Shown: positions 1 through 13,639, numbered from the stretch's first letter. The stretch is DNA of 64,000 bases from Octopus vulgaris (GCA_951406725.2 OX597828.1:33542001-33606000), one strand, 5' to 3'. Notes: a model not told the origin generated them from the sequence alone. A program made the numbers and translations.

Positions 1-26
1 ACTATAGTGACCACCGTATAGGTGGA

Positions 27-290
<264 letters not shown>

Positions 291-689
291 GGCATAAATT
301 TATATATGTATATGCATGCAGGACTACAGGTTTGCTGCTCTGTTCGGTGCATAGCAGGATTGAATCTCGCAGTTCATTTACGGCCGTGAATATTCTCCTT
401 TGGAGTAACTGTTAAGTTCATTTTCCATCTTTTTCCTATCAAGTAAATAGTATTCAAGTGCTGGACGGGATTACATCAGTAACAACCACTCTTATGCCTT
501 GTTTCTAAAATCATTATTCTGCCTTTTTAATGCGGTACATATGTGACACTGCTGAATGGGAAAGTAAGCAAACCACACACACACACATTCGCAAACACTT
601 CTCTTTATATGTATATGTCAATGTGTGTGTGGATCTTGTATCCCTGCTGTAACGCTTCACTTCCACACATGCCAGCTTAATTTAATTCT

Positions 690-1030
690 TCCTTAGTCGA
701 AAGACACCTGTTGTCCTGTTATTGTTTTTATTGTATTTGTGTAATATCGTCCGTTTTTTTCCGTCCTTATTTTTGTATACATTCGCTGCTTTCTTCCAAG
801 GAATCTAATGCTCTTAGCTTAGGTTTTCGTTAGGGCTGGCCAGATTGAAGCAATCTCAAGTATAATCAGCCGAAATTGCGAAGATAATCTAGTACTTGAC
901 TGAGGAAAGAAAACTTCGAATGACCCGTCCTTGTTTTCTTTGTATCGTCTATCTGGATATTTTGTTGTCCCATTTTTGTATCACCTAACTGTCCGAATGT
1001 TTTGCGTTCTTGTCCCATTTTGTATTTTAT
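690..1030 (+). mobile_element. Interspersed repeat family P, probable Penelope-like terminal repeat (pLTR)
   Basis: Homologous to 25720-26065, 49745-50060 and partials at 25090-25195, 38185-38245; ends in TA microsatellite; PLE assignment is inference. Confidence 0.55.
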
Positions 1031-1088
1031 ATATATATATATATATAGCCTTGTGAGTGGATATGGTAGAGAGAAACTGAAAAAGCCC

Positions 1089-1183
<95 letters not shown>

Positions 1184-1216
1184 TTATCAAAATAAGTAAC
1201 AGGCTATCCAGATGTG

Positions 1217-1304
1217 ATGCAGTACGATCGTTTCAAGAGACTCCATTGAATCAAACAACGCAATCATTACATCAATTTAAATGTAGAGCTCTCCTCAGCT
1301 GCAT
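1217..1304 (-). ncRNA. Type I hammerhead ribozyme motif (mirror copy)
   Basis: Reverse complement of 1603-1690 with intact CTGAGGA, GAAA and GTA. Confidence 0.75.
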
Positions 1305-1602
1305 AAATAAATAAATAGAATTAATTTAATCAGTCAGATACATTTGCATAATTTTACTTAAACCCTCTAAGAGGGTCAGAAGACAGACAAAATCCATGTT
1401 TTATTCACTTCAGCTTAGAAGCCAAATTTTGGTGCCTCAACTTGAGTACCTAATTCATCGGAATCTCAATTGCTTTACTTAACCCGTCAACCAAACCTAT
1501 ATATACATATATATATATTTTTTTTATCTTACCCTCTTAGAGGGTTTAAGTAAAATTATGCAAATGTATCTGACTGATTAAATTAATTCTATTTATCTAT
1601 TT

Positions 1603-1690
1603 ATGCAGCTGAGGAGAGCTCTACATTTAAATTGATGTAATGATTGCGTTGTTTGATTCAATGGGGTCTCTTGAAACGATCGTACTGCAT
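1603..1690 (+). ncRNA. Type I hammerhead ribozyme motif
   Basis: atgcag-CTGAGGA-stem II...-GAAA-cgatcg-TA-ctgcat: 6-bp stem I, canonical core, palindromic stem III, GUA triplet. Confidence 0.75.
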
Positions 1691-1746
1691 CACCTCTGGA
1701 TAGCCTGTTGCTTATTTTGATATATACATATACATATATATATATA

Positions 1747-1906
1747 ACGGGCTTTTTCAGTTTCGGTCTACCATATTCACTCACATGGCTTTGGTCAGCC
1801 TGAGGCTATAGTAGAAGACACTCGCCCAACGTGCCATGCAGTGGGACTGAACCCGGAAGCATGTGGTTGGTAAGCAAGCTTCTTACCACCGAGCCACTCC
1901 TGCGCC
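1747..1906 (-). mobile_element. SINE family A, 5' half
   Basis: Matches tRNA-like head of 43005-43430. Confidence 0.85.
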
Positions 1907-2458
1907 TATCATTATTTTTTTTTTTTAGACTCTATCTTTCATGATAGCTGTAAGCCTCAAATGTATATAAAGCCTTAAATAGAACAAAAAGCGAAATCTT
2001 CTGCGACCTATTCGCAATATTTGCTCAAATTGTTTTTACATATACAGATTCATTATTATACACGGTTGTATCGATTGCTACAATTTTATATTTTCCCTAT
2101 TATTTACTGCCACAATGCACTGACAGGCATGCAATATACGCGCAGCACAGAACAATTTGTGATTGACAATGTTAATAGATACCAAGCTATTGTCTGAACT
2201 AAATGACACAACGATTTGTAATAATAAGCACATCACACATTATAGCGCAACAATTGTTCCAGGAAGATTTAAATACTCAATGTACTTGAACGCCTTCAAT
2301 ATCCAAAAGATAACGTTCCCGTGAATGGATTTATATTATTTGGCTTACTCTAGCGAAAATATTCCGAAAACTGTATCAGTAAGTTTTTTAAAAGGACGAA
2401 GACTTGGTTGAGCGCCTGCGGTGGAGACCAGTCTTTTTTTTAGCTCTCAATTATAGTG

Positions 2459-2851
2459 GAATAATACATGTGGAATAATACATACGGTTACGACGATGAG
2501 GGTTCCGGTTGATCCGATCAACGGAACAGCCTGCTCGTGAAATTAACGTGTAAGTGGCTGAGCACTCCACAGACACGTGTACCCTTAACGTAGTTCTCGG
2601 GGATATTCAGCGGGAAACAGAGAGTGACAAGGCCAGCCCTTTGAAATACAGGTACAACAGAAACAGGAAGTAAGAGTGAGAGAAAGTTGTGGTGAAAGAG
2701 TACAGCAGGGATCACCACCATCCCCTGCCGGAGCCTTGTGGAGCTTTAGGTATTTTCGCTCAATAAACACTCACAACGCCCGGTCTGGGAATCGAAACCG
2801 CGATCCTACGACCGCGAGTCCGCTGCCCTAACCACTGGGCCATTGCGCCTC
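2459..2851 (-). mobile_element. SINE family C (tRNA-derived), full length
   Basis: Head ggaggcgcaatggcccagtggttagggcagcggactcgcggtc...ggtttcgattccc with A/B boxes; 15-bp TSD ctctcaattatagtg (2444-2458 / 2852-2866). Confidence 0.9.
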
Positions 2852-3032
2852 CTCTCAATTATAGTGCCAAACGACGAAAATGACCACTGAGGATTAAGCT
2901 CTTGGACACTGTGAATTATCTCGTACATTTGCTACTGAACATTAAAATTCTAAGTACATCCCTTCGAAAATAAATTTAAAGACGACATAAATCAAATTGT
3001 GATTTCCAGTGAAGCAATATTTCTTCAGACAT

Positions 3033-3444
3033 ACTCTTTTACTCTTTACTCTTTTACTTGTTTCAGTCATTTGACTGCGGCCATGCTGGAGCACCACCTT
3101 TAATCGAGCAACTCGACCCCGGGACTTATTCTTTGTAAGCCCAGTACTTATTCTATCGGTCTCTTTTTGCCGAACCGCTAAGTGACGGGGACGTAAACAC
3201 ACCAGCATCGGTTGTCAAGCAATGCTAGGGGGACAAACACAGACACACAAACATATACACACACACTTATATATATATACATATATACGACAGGCTTCTT
3301 TCAGTTTCCGTCTACCAAATCCACTCACAAGGCATTGGTCGGCCCGGGGCTATAGCAGAAGACACTTGCCCAAGATGCCACGCAGTGGGACTGAACCTGG
3401 AACCGTGCGGTTGGTTAGCAAGCTACTTACCACACAGCCACTCC
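3033..3444 (-). mobile_element. SINE family A, near full length
   Basis: Homologous to 43005-43430, 52131-52552, 63120-63525; internal TA/CA tract; (AAAAGAGT)n tail. Confidence 0.9.
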
Positions 3445-3545
3445 ATACTTGAAAACTGAAAATAGATTGTTAGTAACTGTTAATCGGCTACGAACAATAA
3501 CAGTATGCAAAACTACTTTAACTCTCGATGTAACATTTGTGATAA

Positions 3546-3932
3546 TCTCTCTATATATAAACGGCAGTTTGTCTCTGTGTGTGTCTGTGTGGCTGTCAGG
3601 TTGTACCCTCACACTGACCACGGCTTTCAACCGATTCTAATGAAACTTGACACACACATAGCCCAATGTCATAATTCAAAACTAACGCAGCGAAAATTTT
3701 GAAAAGTTCCCCCAGTTCTGAAAAAAAATCGATAAATTCGACATGGGGTCGAGAATCAGAAACACAAACCACAGACTGTCTAGGGGACGCAACTCAACCT
3801 TTTTAACTCTCAAAACAAAATTTATCATAATTTTTTTTCCCTTTTTTTTGCTATTTTTTGGCTATAACTCTCTAAAAATGCTTCATAGTTATTTCCCTTA
3901 CAAACTCGAGCAACGCCGGGCGATACTGCTAG
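3546..3932 (+). mobile_element. Non-autonomous Helitron
   Basis: A|TC 5' end; 3' hairpin ctcgagcaacgccggg then CTAG|T; 3' end shared with 4645, 17471 and 39658 copies. Confidence 0.85.
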
Positions 3933-4644
3933 TATAAAGACTAAAGGGACAACACAGCAGAAGATCTTAAACTACACAACAGGCTGGAAATCTTAGCTGG
4001 AAGCACCAAGCGTTTATATTGATTAAGAACTATAAGAAAAGCTTTGTATCTAATCTTAAATGTTAAGTAATCTAAATAAATCCAAGGTAAGACTAGACTG
4101 TAGGAAAACTCTAAATGATATTAGCAATAATATTAGGAAAACCGCCAACATACGACAGTGGAATAATAATAATGATTTCATTAGATGATTCAGTGGTATC
4201 GGTAAGTACAACATTAGATTTATTCAACTCGACATTAATGATTATTATCTCTCTAAATTCAAAGCCCTACTAAGCAGTGCACTGTAATTTGCTAAGTACA
4301 GCAATCAAACAGATTATAGAGATATAATGATTCAGGTTAGAAAACTCTACAATTCGATGAGAACTTCGCCTGGATCAAAACATCTAACCCAGCATATTGC
4401 TTTGATATAAACGTCGTATGTTTCGGGTCATATGTCAGTGCAGATGTAAGCGATAATATAGGATTACACATCTTGGGTGTAATTACTCAGAAATTTATTA
4501 CAATAGAATTTGGCCTTTAACAACTAGATTATGGAAAACCATCCAGAAGTCCCAATGAACAATTCTTGCATTAATGTAACGTCAACTGCAAACTACCCCC
4601 GTAGCTTATCAGAAAATTTTCCAATTTCTTCTCCTCTACAGAAA

Positions 4645-5154
4645 TCTATATATATAAAACTGTAGTTGTGTGAGTGTCTGTCCCCTTCGATTTAGATTCC
4701 TAACTCCTCCCACATTTTGCGGTGCAGTTTAACCAAATTCGGGTATCTTATAGTCGTGATTAATATCGAGCCCGTCTGGCTATTAGCGCGCGTCAACGAT
4801 GAGTCTACGATTTTAAAAATAATTTAACATCATTTTTTATTCCATTTTAATGCATAATTTTTCGTGTGTTGATGGCGGCGGAGTTGGCGTCCACGCTCAC
4901 ACCTGCACCTGTTTGCTTCTCCCCCTTCCCTCCCTCGTGAAGCTGTGGGGAAGGGATTGTAAAGAAATCAACGTCGTAATGCGTTGTCAAGGAGACCAGC
5001 GTTCTTTTAGAACAACGACTTCATGGCTTGAAGACACCAAAACAGAAATGGCTAAGAAAGCCCGAATTGGCATCTATAAGGGAAGTAACTCTCTAAAAAT
5101 GCTTATAAAGTTATTTCCCTTACAAACCCGAGCAACGCCGGGCGATACTGCTAG
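4645..5154 (+). mobile_element. Non-autonomous Helitron
   Basis: A|TCTATATATATAAAA...cccgagcaacgccggg-cgatactg-CTAG|T; no TSD. Confidence 0.88.
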
Positions 5155-5424
5155 TATTCTATAAGGTAATCCCTTATTACACTAACGCTTAACTATCAAA
5201 CAAATTTGAAGAGAAAATAATCTACTTACTTCACTCCACTACCCTAAGGCACAGTAATACCTTTTGGTTTACACACTCGATATTAGATACAATGTAACAA
5301 CAATTTGACTTCCAGAAGCAAGTACTTTTATAACATAAATATTAATATTTGAAGTGTTTAACTAACACGACTAAATATTAACTTACAGTTGCCTCATGGA
5401 TATGAAATATATAATGTAATATAC

Positions 5425-5960
5425 GCAGCCGAGGTCGACTTTGACTTTCATTTTTTCAAGGTCGATAAGATACCCATCAAGTACTGAGGGAGGATGGTCG
5501 ATGTCATCGACTACCGCTCCCCATTTTCCGACCTTATGCTAAAATTTGAAACGACTAATAAGTCGGTGAGCTAGCAGAATTGTTGGTTCGCCGGACAAAA
5601 TGCGCGTCGGCACTTCTTCCGGCTCTTTACGTTATAAGCTCAAATACCATCAATTTTGTCTTTTATCCTATCGGGGTCGATAAAAGAAGTACCTATTTCT
5701 TTATTACCCACAAGGGGCTAAACACAGAGGGGACAAACAAGGACGGACATAGGTATTAAGTCGATTACATCGACCCCAGTGCGTAACTGGTACTTAATTT
5801 ATCTACCCCGAAAGGATGAAAGGCAAAGTCGACCTCGGCGGAATTTGAACTCACAACGTAACGACAGACGAAATACCGCTAAGCATTTCATCTGGCGTGC
5901 TAACGTTTCTGCCAGCTCGCAGAAGTACCACTTGCGTATTAGGGTCGATGTAATCAACTA
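5425..5960. mobile_element. Cluster of SINE family B copies (younger minus copy 5693-5920 nested in older plus copies)
   Basis: Shared core gccgaggtcgactttgcctttcatcctttcggggtcgata. Confidence 0.8.
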
Positions 5961-6308
5961 CCGACGACTCCTCTTAGACTCAGCTACTTTGTAATTTCTA
6001 TTTTTCTGCTCTAACATACCTAATTCCTTTATTCTGTTTTCGGCTATTTAGACATTTTGGTAAACCAAATCTCATTTTAGAATTCGAAGGAATAATAACT
6101 ACACTGAACAAGGAATATAATCGGAGGAACTGCTGCGACGCAACGCAAAGTTGACTATCGAAACACGACAGAATGTGATAAATTACAATTAGCTCTTAGA
6201 ACTCACACAAAGACGTATACACACCACGCATATAGACATAAATAAATTGGAAAATTATACATATATGCATACACACACGTACACACATCGCTGTATGCGT
6301 GTGTGTGT

Positions 6309-6346
<38 letters not shown>

Positions 6347-6384
6347 CATGCGATAAATGTATATGTTATATGTATGTTTACATA

Positions 6385-6424
<40 letters not shown>

Positions 6425-6484
6425 TATATGTATATATATGTATGTATATATATATATAAATATATATGTACATATATATATATG

Positions 6485-6526
<42 letters not shown>

Positions 6527-6533
6527 ATATATA

Positions 6534-6584
<51 letters not shown>

Positions 6585-6623
6585 TACACACACGTACACA
6601 CATCGCTGTATGCGTGTGTGTGT

Positions 6624-6661
<38 letters not shown>

Positions 6662-7479
6662 CATGCGATAAATGTATATATATATAAATGTATGTAGATG
6701 TATATATACACGTTATCTGTGTGCGCGGGGGGGGGGGGGGGGTTGCGTACGTGTATGTATGTGCATGTGCGCGTATAGGTGTGGGGCTGCGTTTCTACGA
6801 ATATACAAATATTTTGGCGATGAATAATAGATAACAGCTTTTGTTTCAGCAGCGTTAATTTAAGCTACACACAGAACACACAGCTACATTACATACTTCG
6901 CGTTTCGTTTCTTATAAAAATCTTATCGGTATAAGATTTAAACTAAAACTGCGGTATTAATATAAATAATGGTCATAAATCACAACACCCGAGTTGGATG
7001 CTGACAGTTACGATTTTAACCCGCAAGGAGAATATATATACATGATAAAGGAATTACTGTTACGGAATATTGTACAGAAATGTAACCGTTCTACGTAGTG
7101 GTCATATCATATATAATACAAAATATCATTTTGTATAATAAGCTGATGTATGATGTATGTTTTTGCCGAGCTTACATTCAATATGCATTCGTATAGTAAG
7201 CTGATTGGCAAACAAGCTTGCACGAAGTTTCACTTAATTTTATACTGTTTAGATATGTCAGATATACATTTGGTTTGGTACGGAACGGAACGTTTACTAA
7301 TATATATATGTATATACTATCTGGTAAGCTCTACATCGTTTTGAAGATGTAACTTGAGATATATAAAGTTTTAGCCTGATGGGTGAAATAACAACCTCGG
7401 TACATATGTAGTGTGTCGTCTAATTATATTTGCTGAAGAAAATTTTACTAAAGGTGTCGGAAGTTTTTACAAACAGACA

Positions 7480-7552
<73 letters not shown>

Positions 7553-7678
7553 ACACATACACACACACAAATATTCACGCACACATACACACAGACATAC
7601 TCACACGTATATACACACGTACAAACATACACAAATATGCACATAAACACACGGGTTCAAAGCCTACACGAACACACA

Positions 7679-7763
<85 letters not shown>

Positions 7764-7765
<2 letters not shown>

Positions 7766-8080
7766 TGGGTTGGCAACTAAATTCCCGCCGTTTTTTAATT
7801 TAAATTTTTTAAAAGGTTTAATAAAAAATAACAACTAATTCATCAATAATGTATTCGCCCTTGTTGTTTACAACTTCTTCCCAACGTTCAACAAGATTTT
7901 CAATACTCCGTTGGTAGAAATCACCCGATTTCGACTCGAAAAGTTGATCCAGCCAAGCTCTCAATTCTGCATCAGTATTGAACGAAACTCCGCGCATAGC
8001 ATTTGAAAGAGATCGAAAGAGGTGGAAATCGGTTGGTGCCAAATCAGGAGAGTACGGCGGGTATGGCAGGTCTTTTCTCT
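7764..8080 (-). mobile_element. mariner 3' end (transposase C-terminus plus TIR)
   Basis: PPYSPDLAPTDFHLFRSL...LVERWEEVVNNKGEYI; TA-ttgggttggcaactaa TIR. Confidence 0.9.
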
Positions 8081-8084
8081 TCAA

Positions 8085-8435
8085 TACGGATGTCCTGAAT
8101 CCATACTTGGTGCGTGTTATCAATACGCCCAAGAATGCTAGCTGATTGTCTTTTTCTTTTTCCATTGTGAACTGTATGGATGGCTTTATTGAGTTCACAT
8201 GATCTAACAGACTCTTGAAGCTCTTCCTGGTGGGGCCAGAGTATAAAGGCGTCAGCAACATATCGTAGCCATAGGGTTGGTTTTAGTGGTGTTGATCCTA
8301 GAGCCAAATTCTCAAAGTATTCCATGTATATATTGGCTATTAACGGTGATAATGGTGAACACATAGCTAAATCCTCTTCTTGTCGTATATATCAGTGTCC
8401 ATACTGAAGTAGGTAGCTTCTACACAGAAGGTGAC
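8085..8435 (-). pseudogene. Penelope-like reverse transcriptase fragment
   Basis: AMCSPLSPLIANIYMEYFE...WLRYVAD...IQFTMEKEKDNQLAFLGVLITR (PLE RT motifs), frameshifted. Confidence 0.85.
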
Positions 8436-8464
8436 TGTACATTACTCCCCCGCCATGATCAGAT

Positions 8465-10310
8465 CAGATCAGATTGTGGCGGGGGATTAATGCACCGTCA
8501 CCCCAATAATATACACTCCTCCCGAAAATCTGGCTGAAATGCTCGTAATAAACCTCGTGTTCGTTTACCAATTGCTCTTGGTTGTTCATCATAGATCTTA
8601 TTCTGACATCGTTGCCACGTTGGCCTTCTGCCACACGGGCCCATCTCGCAGCGTTGAATTCTCCTCGACCCATTGCACGAACCTTCGACCTGACAATCCA
8701 ACCATCGTGGTTACCCTCGAGGTGTCGGTCGAGCTTTAATCTCGATGCCAACACTTGAGCTGCACTGCCTTTCTACAATGTCTCTTCTAATTGACTCAAT
8801 TATTATGGTTCTTTTCAGTGCTCTCCACCATTTGTTGTTAATAATGGCGCCTGTGAGAGCCTTCTTTACTAATCAGCTTCCTGTACCCCTCACAGGTCAA
8901 AAGCGACCTGTTGAGTTTCCAGTAGCCGGGGCCTTGTATACATATCCTATCTACAACCAGCTTACAGGACACAAGTTTGTGGTCGCTGTAGCTAACAAAA
9001 GGGAATTGTGGACAACTAGCTTCTCCTTGTCTTTCCGTCTAACTAAAATTCTATCTAAATAAGATCTAGAAGATCTGTCGCTATTCGTTCAGGTCCACAG
9101 TGGAGTATTCGGAAATTCTAGTCTATACCGATCTGCCAGCTGAAAGCGACTAAGCAGATTGGCGAAGCATGGTTTTTTTCCTTCTATTTGGATTTGTGCC
9201 AACACAATCTACTCGTGCATCGCAGATTGTGTTAAAATCACCTAGCATACTAAAGTGTGAGACGTACCTAGGAAATTTTCTAGGCCTCTAAAGAAAGCAG
9301 ATTTCCAGCACCGCGGGGGACATAGACACCTACCGGCCTGAAAGTCTTACCGCTGATTGTCACGTCAAGGACGGCCAGCCAGCCTTCCAGGGCGATAAAG
9401 ATCGTTCTAGTCTCGGAAACCAGGTTTTTCTTGAGTAGGATCGCCCCCTCCCCCGGTTGATGTGGAGAAATATATTTCTCGTAGCTGTTCAGGAGTGGGG
9501 AAAAGTCCCGCAACCCACTCAGCCAGACAATGTGGCCTGAGGTCATTAAGAAAGCAGCCTTGCTTCCTATCCGACCCCAAGCCACGAACATTTAAATATA
9601 CTCCTGTGAGCGAAACCATGAAATGTGGCTTACCTTTCGAAGAAGGGATTATAATCCCTTCTCTCTATCTTCCCTCGTACATGGACTTGCAAATGTCCAT
9701 TCTTGGAGGGCCTATCTCCTTCCAGTAGTAGCCATGAAATAAATTGTAATTGTCTTTGTCGATTTCATAGATTACAATTCCTTCCAGCAGAATAGTATAA
9801 TGATTGGTGTATTCTTTTGCAGTTGGAGTTTTTTAATGCCTGGTTGTTAGCATCCACTGCTATCAGGCTCGTTTCTAGTTGGGAGGGGAAACATTTTTCG
9901 GGACTAGGAGGGGTAGATTCTACAGGTTGTTCTTTGGGGGGGGCATGTTTGGGTTGATGGGGGGCGGGGGTATCATGTGAGTGTGCGGGTGGGGGAGTTT
10001 TGCTTTTGCTGGAGCTAGAAGTGGAAGGGGTGGGGATGGCAATTTTTCTTTTAGGGACTTTCTTCTTTTTATGGGTTACATTAGTCCATCCTTTGTCTTC
10101 CTTGTCTTCGGTTGACGATATGGTCTCCTCTTTTATGATTTTTTGTAGGAGACTCTGCTGGCGGTGCTGTTTCTTTTTTAGGGCGGAACAGTTTACCCGA
10201 ATGTGGCCTTTTTCCCCACATTCGAAGCAACGTAGTTTCGTCATTAATCACGATGTTTTCCACAATTTTTTCAAGAGTTTGCTGAGCTGCTTGAATTATG
10301 ATCTCTAGCC
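8465..10310 (-). mobile_element. Tx1/L1-clade LINE, degraded 5' part (ORF1 zinc knuckle plus APE endonuclease)
   Basis: CFECGEKGHIRVNC CCHC knuckle; APE motifs LNVRGLG, GVYVP, LGDFN (~9235), YLDRILV (~9050), YSDHKLV (~8975). Confidence 0.85.
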
Positions 10311-10339
10311 CTAGTCCCTTCTAATGTTGCTTCTCTATT

Positions 10340-10645
10340 TTAGTAGCCCCGAGAATTGTTATTTTATCCTCGAGATCAAGAAAATCGGTAGAAAACTTTA
10401 GAAGTTATGGCAGAAAATAACATTCATATGAGAATTTGCATTGAATGTCCTATTGGCTTTTGATAAATCGATGCCGATTAAAAATCACTGATTTTTTATT
10501 TTTATTGAAATTCCAAGTGCGTAAGTGACCGCATGGGTATAAGCCCACGCACGTGACAAGTTTCATCAAGATTGGTTGAATAGTCATGGAGGAGTAAAAG
10601 TAACAAATTCACAAACATACAGAAATTGTCATTATATATATATAT
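10340..10645 (-). mobile_element. Helitron/DINE-like 5' fragment
   Basis: aagtttcatcaagattggttgaatagt...acaaacatacagaaattgtcattatatata resembles helitron-type 5' ends; no 3' end seen. Confidence 0.45.
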
Positions 10646-10747
10646 ATATAATAAATTTTAGGGTAGCAAAAAATTCTAGAAAAATTCTCCGTTACCAGTG
10701 GTCAAGTGAGAAAGAAAAGATAGTCAATAGACTATATAATATACATT

Positions 10748-11046
10748 CAAATATATAAGGAATGGCCATAATAGGACATTCGACTCATTAGAAAGAGCAG
10801 CCAAACTCCAAACCACTAATAGTTGTAATTCTGAAATGGAAAGAGAAATAAAAACGCCAGCTGTAAATAAATTTAATCTAATTTATTTATTTACTAAAGA
10901 TTGCCGAAACTATGCATAGTCCAGAAAGGAAAGGGTAAACGTTTTTATTTCTCTTTCCACTTCAGAATTACAACTATTAGTGGTTTGGAGTTTGGCTGCT
11001 CTTTCTAGTGAGTCGAATGTCCTATTATGGCCATTCCTTATATATT

Positions 11047-11048
<2 letters not shown>
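10748..11048. repeat. Inverted repeat (10748-10856 / 10940-11048) with HHR remnant in spacer
   Basis: ~109 bp reverse-complement arms; spacer CTAAAGA-ttgcc-GAAA-ctatgcatag-TC. Confidence 0.85.
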
Positions 11049-11088
<40 letters not shown>

Positions 11089-13639
11089 GTATGTATTATG
11101 TATAAAGCCTGGTATAAGAGTAAGTAAAAAAGAAAACGTAAAAATATAGCTGAGAACAGAGACAGGTAGAAAGTGATAGAATCCAAGACTATGAAAAAAA
11201 CTGTACAGAACTATCCACCAGCTCCTTGGCTTCTTAATCGTTAATTGCCAATCTGGCTAGAATCCTTATTTAGAAAAATCTCCATGACCTTAATAAACAC
11301 TTTCTGTTTCCTTCTCTTCGTCATTCTTGACGCTCTGACGAAGCTATCGGGTGGTAGACAAGTCCTCATAAGTTAAATGCATTGTATCTTACAGCAGAAA
11401 CAGTTGTAACCTGAAGAAATTCATGACAAAAATGTCTATTCCCCAGTCATTTTAGCTTCTTGTTACTGCTTTGTACTCTTAAGCATATGTATATACTTAG
11501 TTCTACCATCAGGCTATATCGCTATGCCTAAGCGAAATAACAACAATATATATCACTAATATTGCTAAAAAGAAAGGTATGAATATCAGAAATCCAGGGA
11601 TGTTTTTTGTTTCTTTTGATTTTGCAGCACTAATGTGGATAATCATATTCTGAAATATACCTACATATTTACCGTTGTACAGTGTTATACAGAAATTATT
11701 TGATATTTCATGAGAATAAGGAATATGGAATAGGCAGTAAACAGTTTGTCACTTGGGCTTGTAATTTAATTTCTAAACTAATTGAAGACTAATAGGACAG
11801 ATTTATTGATTCTAGTCCGAAGAAAGATTCATAGCTAAATGTGTGGCAGCTCGAAAACCTCTTAGCTATGTGACGCAACTGGAGAATCTCTATCGCATCC
11901 TTCAATTTGCTAGAAATAGCAGCAAAATCTCGCGCATACGACAAACTAAGGCTGCAGTTGAATATTTAACAGACAGGTGGCCCGTGTTTCCTTAACTAAA
12001 TTTTCAGGCAGACTCAGCCTGATTCAGTTGTGAACAAGATGAGCATTTAAGTTAGAAGTACAGCCCATACGACGATCTTCTCTACAATTCTTATTTACCC
12101 AAATTTACTGACGAGGCTTGGGTAGACCTGAAGCTTCGGCAAAAGAATCTGTCTAAGATGTCAAGCAGGTTAATCGTAGTGGCCAGTTCGATACTGGGTA
12201 GCATGTAACTACGGTTCATATAAAGTTGACATTATTGTGGAAAAGCTGTGCTAATAGAATGCAGGTAAGATTACATACGAATATTTCTATATAAGAATCT
12301 ACATTAAATTGAATATACAGTAACATACATATGTACGTTAACAAGAAACTAAACAATACTGCAAACACAGTCTCCACATGCGGCTATAAATAAATTTGTA
12401 CGCTCTGATATAATTGGGAATAAATACGATCTTAAATAAAAGAAACCTCAAGCTGTGAATAATTTTGAATTTAATCGTGATTAAAATTTGTCGAAACTTT
12501 TAGAGACGATTATCGTCTATTTAAGATTAGATAAAAATTTACAGTAGCTGGACAAAATCCTCATAGCTATCAGTTTAACTTTCCTTCATCCCCAATCGAA
12601 ATTAACCAGTTTAAACTAGAGTTACTACCGTAACAGATGCTTGCTTGATCGATATGTATAATCTTAACCTAAACGATACTATTTTAGGCAAACGTCTGTA
12701 CGCTATCAATCATCTAGAGATAAGCTTAAATCCAAACATCTTAATGGACAGGTTGAAGGATTACTAAATGTGAAATGAGTTATATAACTAAATTGTCTGA
12801 ATCTACACAGAATATCAAATTTTTTTATCATGATCCTACACCCTCAGGAGACTACGGTCTCTAGGCTTAGGACTCTTAGATCTAGTTACGCAGTTTCCAT
12901 TGAGTATAAGCGACTGGTATCAATACATTCCCTTGGATGCGAAGCCAGTCCATCTCTGGGTAACTCGTTTGCCGTTAAATGAGGAGGAACAACATAAAAT
13001 TATGTATTTTGCTCAAGAGGAAAAAACGATAACAAAACAAATAACACTGCCGTGTCATGAGATTGAAAACACAAAGTTGTGATCGTAAGTGCGACGAACC
13101 GACCACTAAGCCACGCATCTTCACAAATTTGTTATTAACAATTTTGCTGTTACTAAATAACGATGTACTCTACAACTTTATAGTCAAACGCCAGATAGAA
13201 GCAGACGGTAGTATCCATGTAGCTGGTGACAAGTAAGATAAATGCGTTCTTCTGAAGTCAACAACATTTCATTTAAAATTCAAAGCTTGGCTGATCAAAC
13301 AGATGGATATCATAATCTCTTTAACACATTATAGGACGGTCAAACCTTAATTCTGTATTCTGTAATCTGGATTACAGCACTGAAGTAACATCTCTAACAA
13401 AGAAAATAGCCCGGCAAGTACTTCGTTCAAGATTGCGATAAGAAAATAAAATCAGAATTGATAGCTAATAAAATTATGAGACGTGAAACACGTTATCACC
13501 TCGCCCCGACCTCTCTTTCTTTCTTTTTCTCTTTCTCTCTCTCACGCTTACTCCCTCAGCCCCTCCCTCTCTCTCCCCCCCTCTCTCTCTCTCTCTCCAA
13601 GGAACGCACAGAAATCTTAGCAACAAATTTAAAATATTA

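Larger units (their letters stand above)
1185..1722. repeat. Inverted repeat (arms ~1185-1376 / 1531-1722), PLE pLTR-like
   Basis: ~190 bp arms are near-perfect reverse complements, each with an HHR motif. Confidence 0.9.

Noticed and set aside
2780-2851. tRNA gene (also 24045-24115, 43005-43075)
   Set aside because: These are SINE heads continuing into SINE bodies, some with TSDs; no proper acceptor stem or poly-T terminator.
7818-8261. Apparent RT-transposase fusion ORF
   Set aside because: Chance in-frame junction of adjacent PLE and mariner fossils; both domains are truncated.
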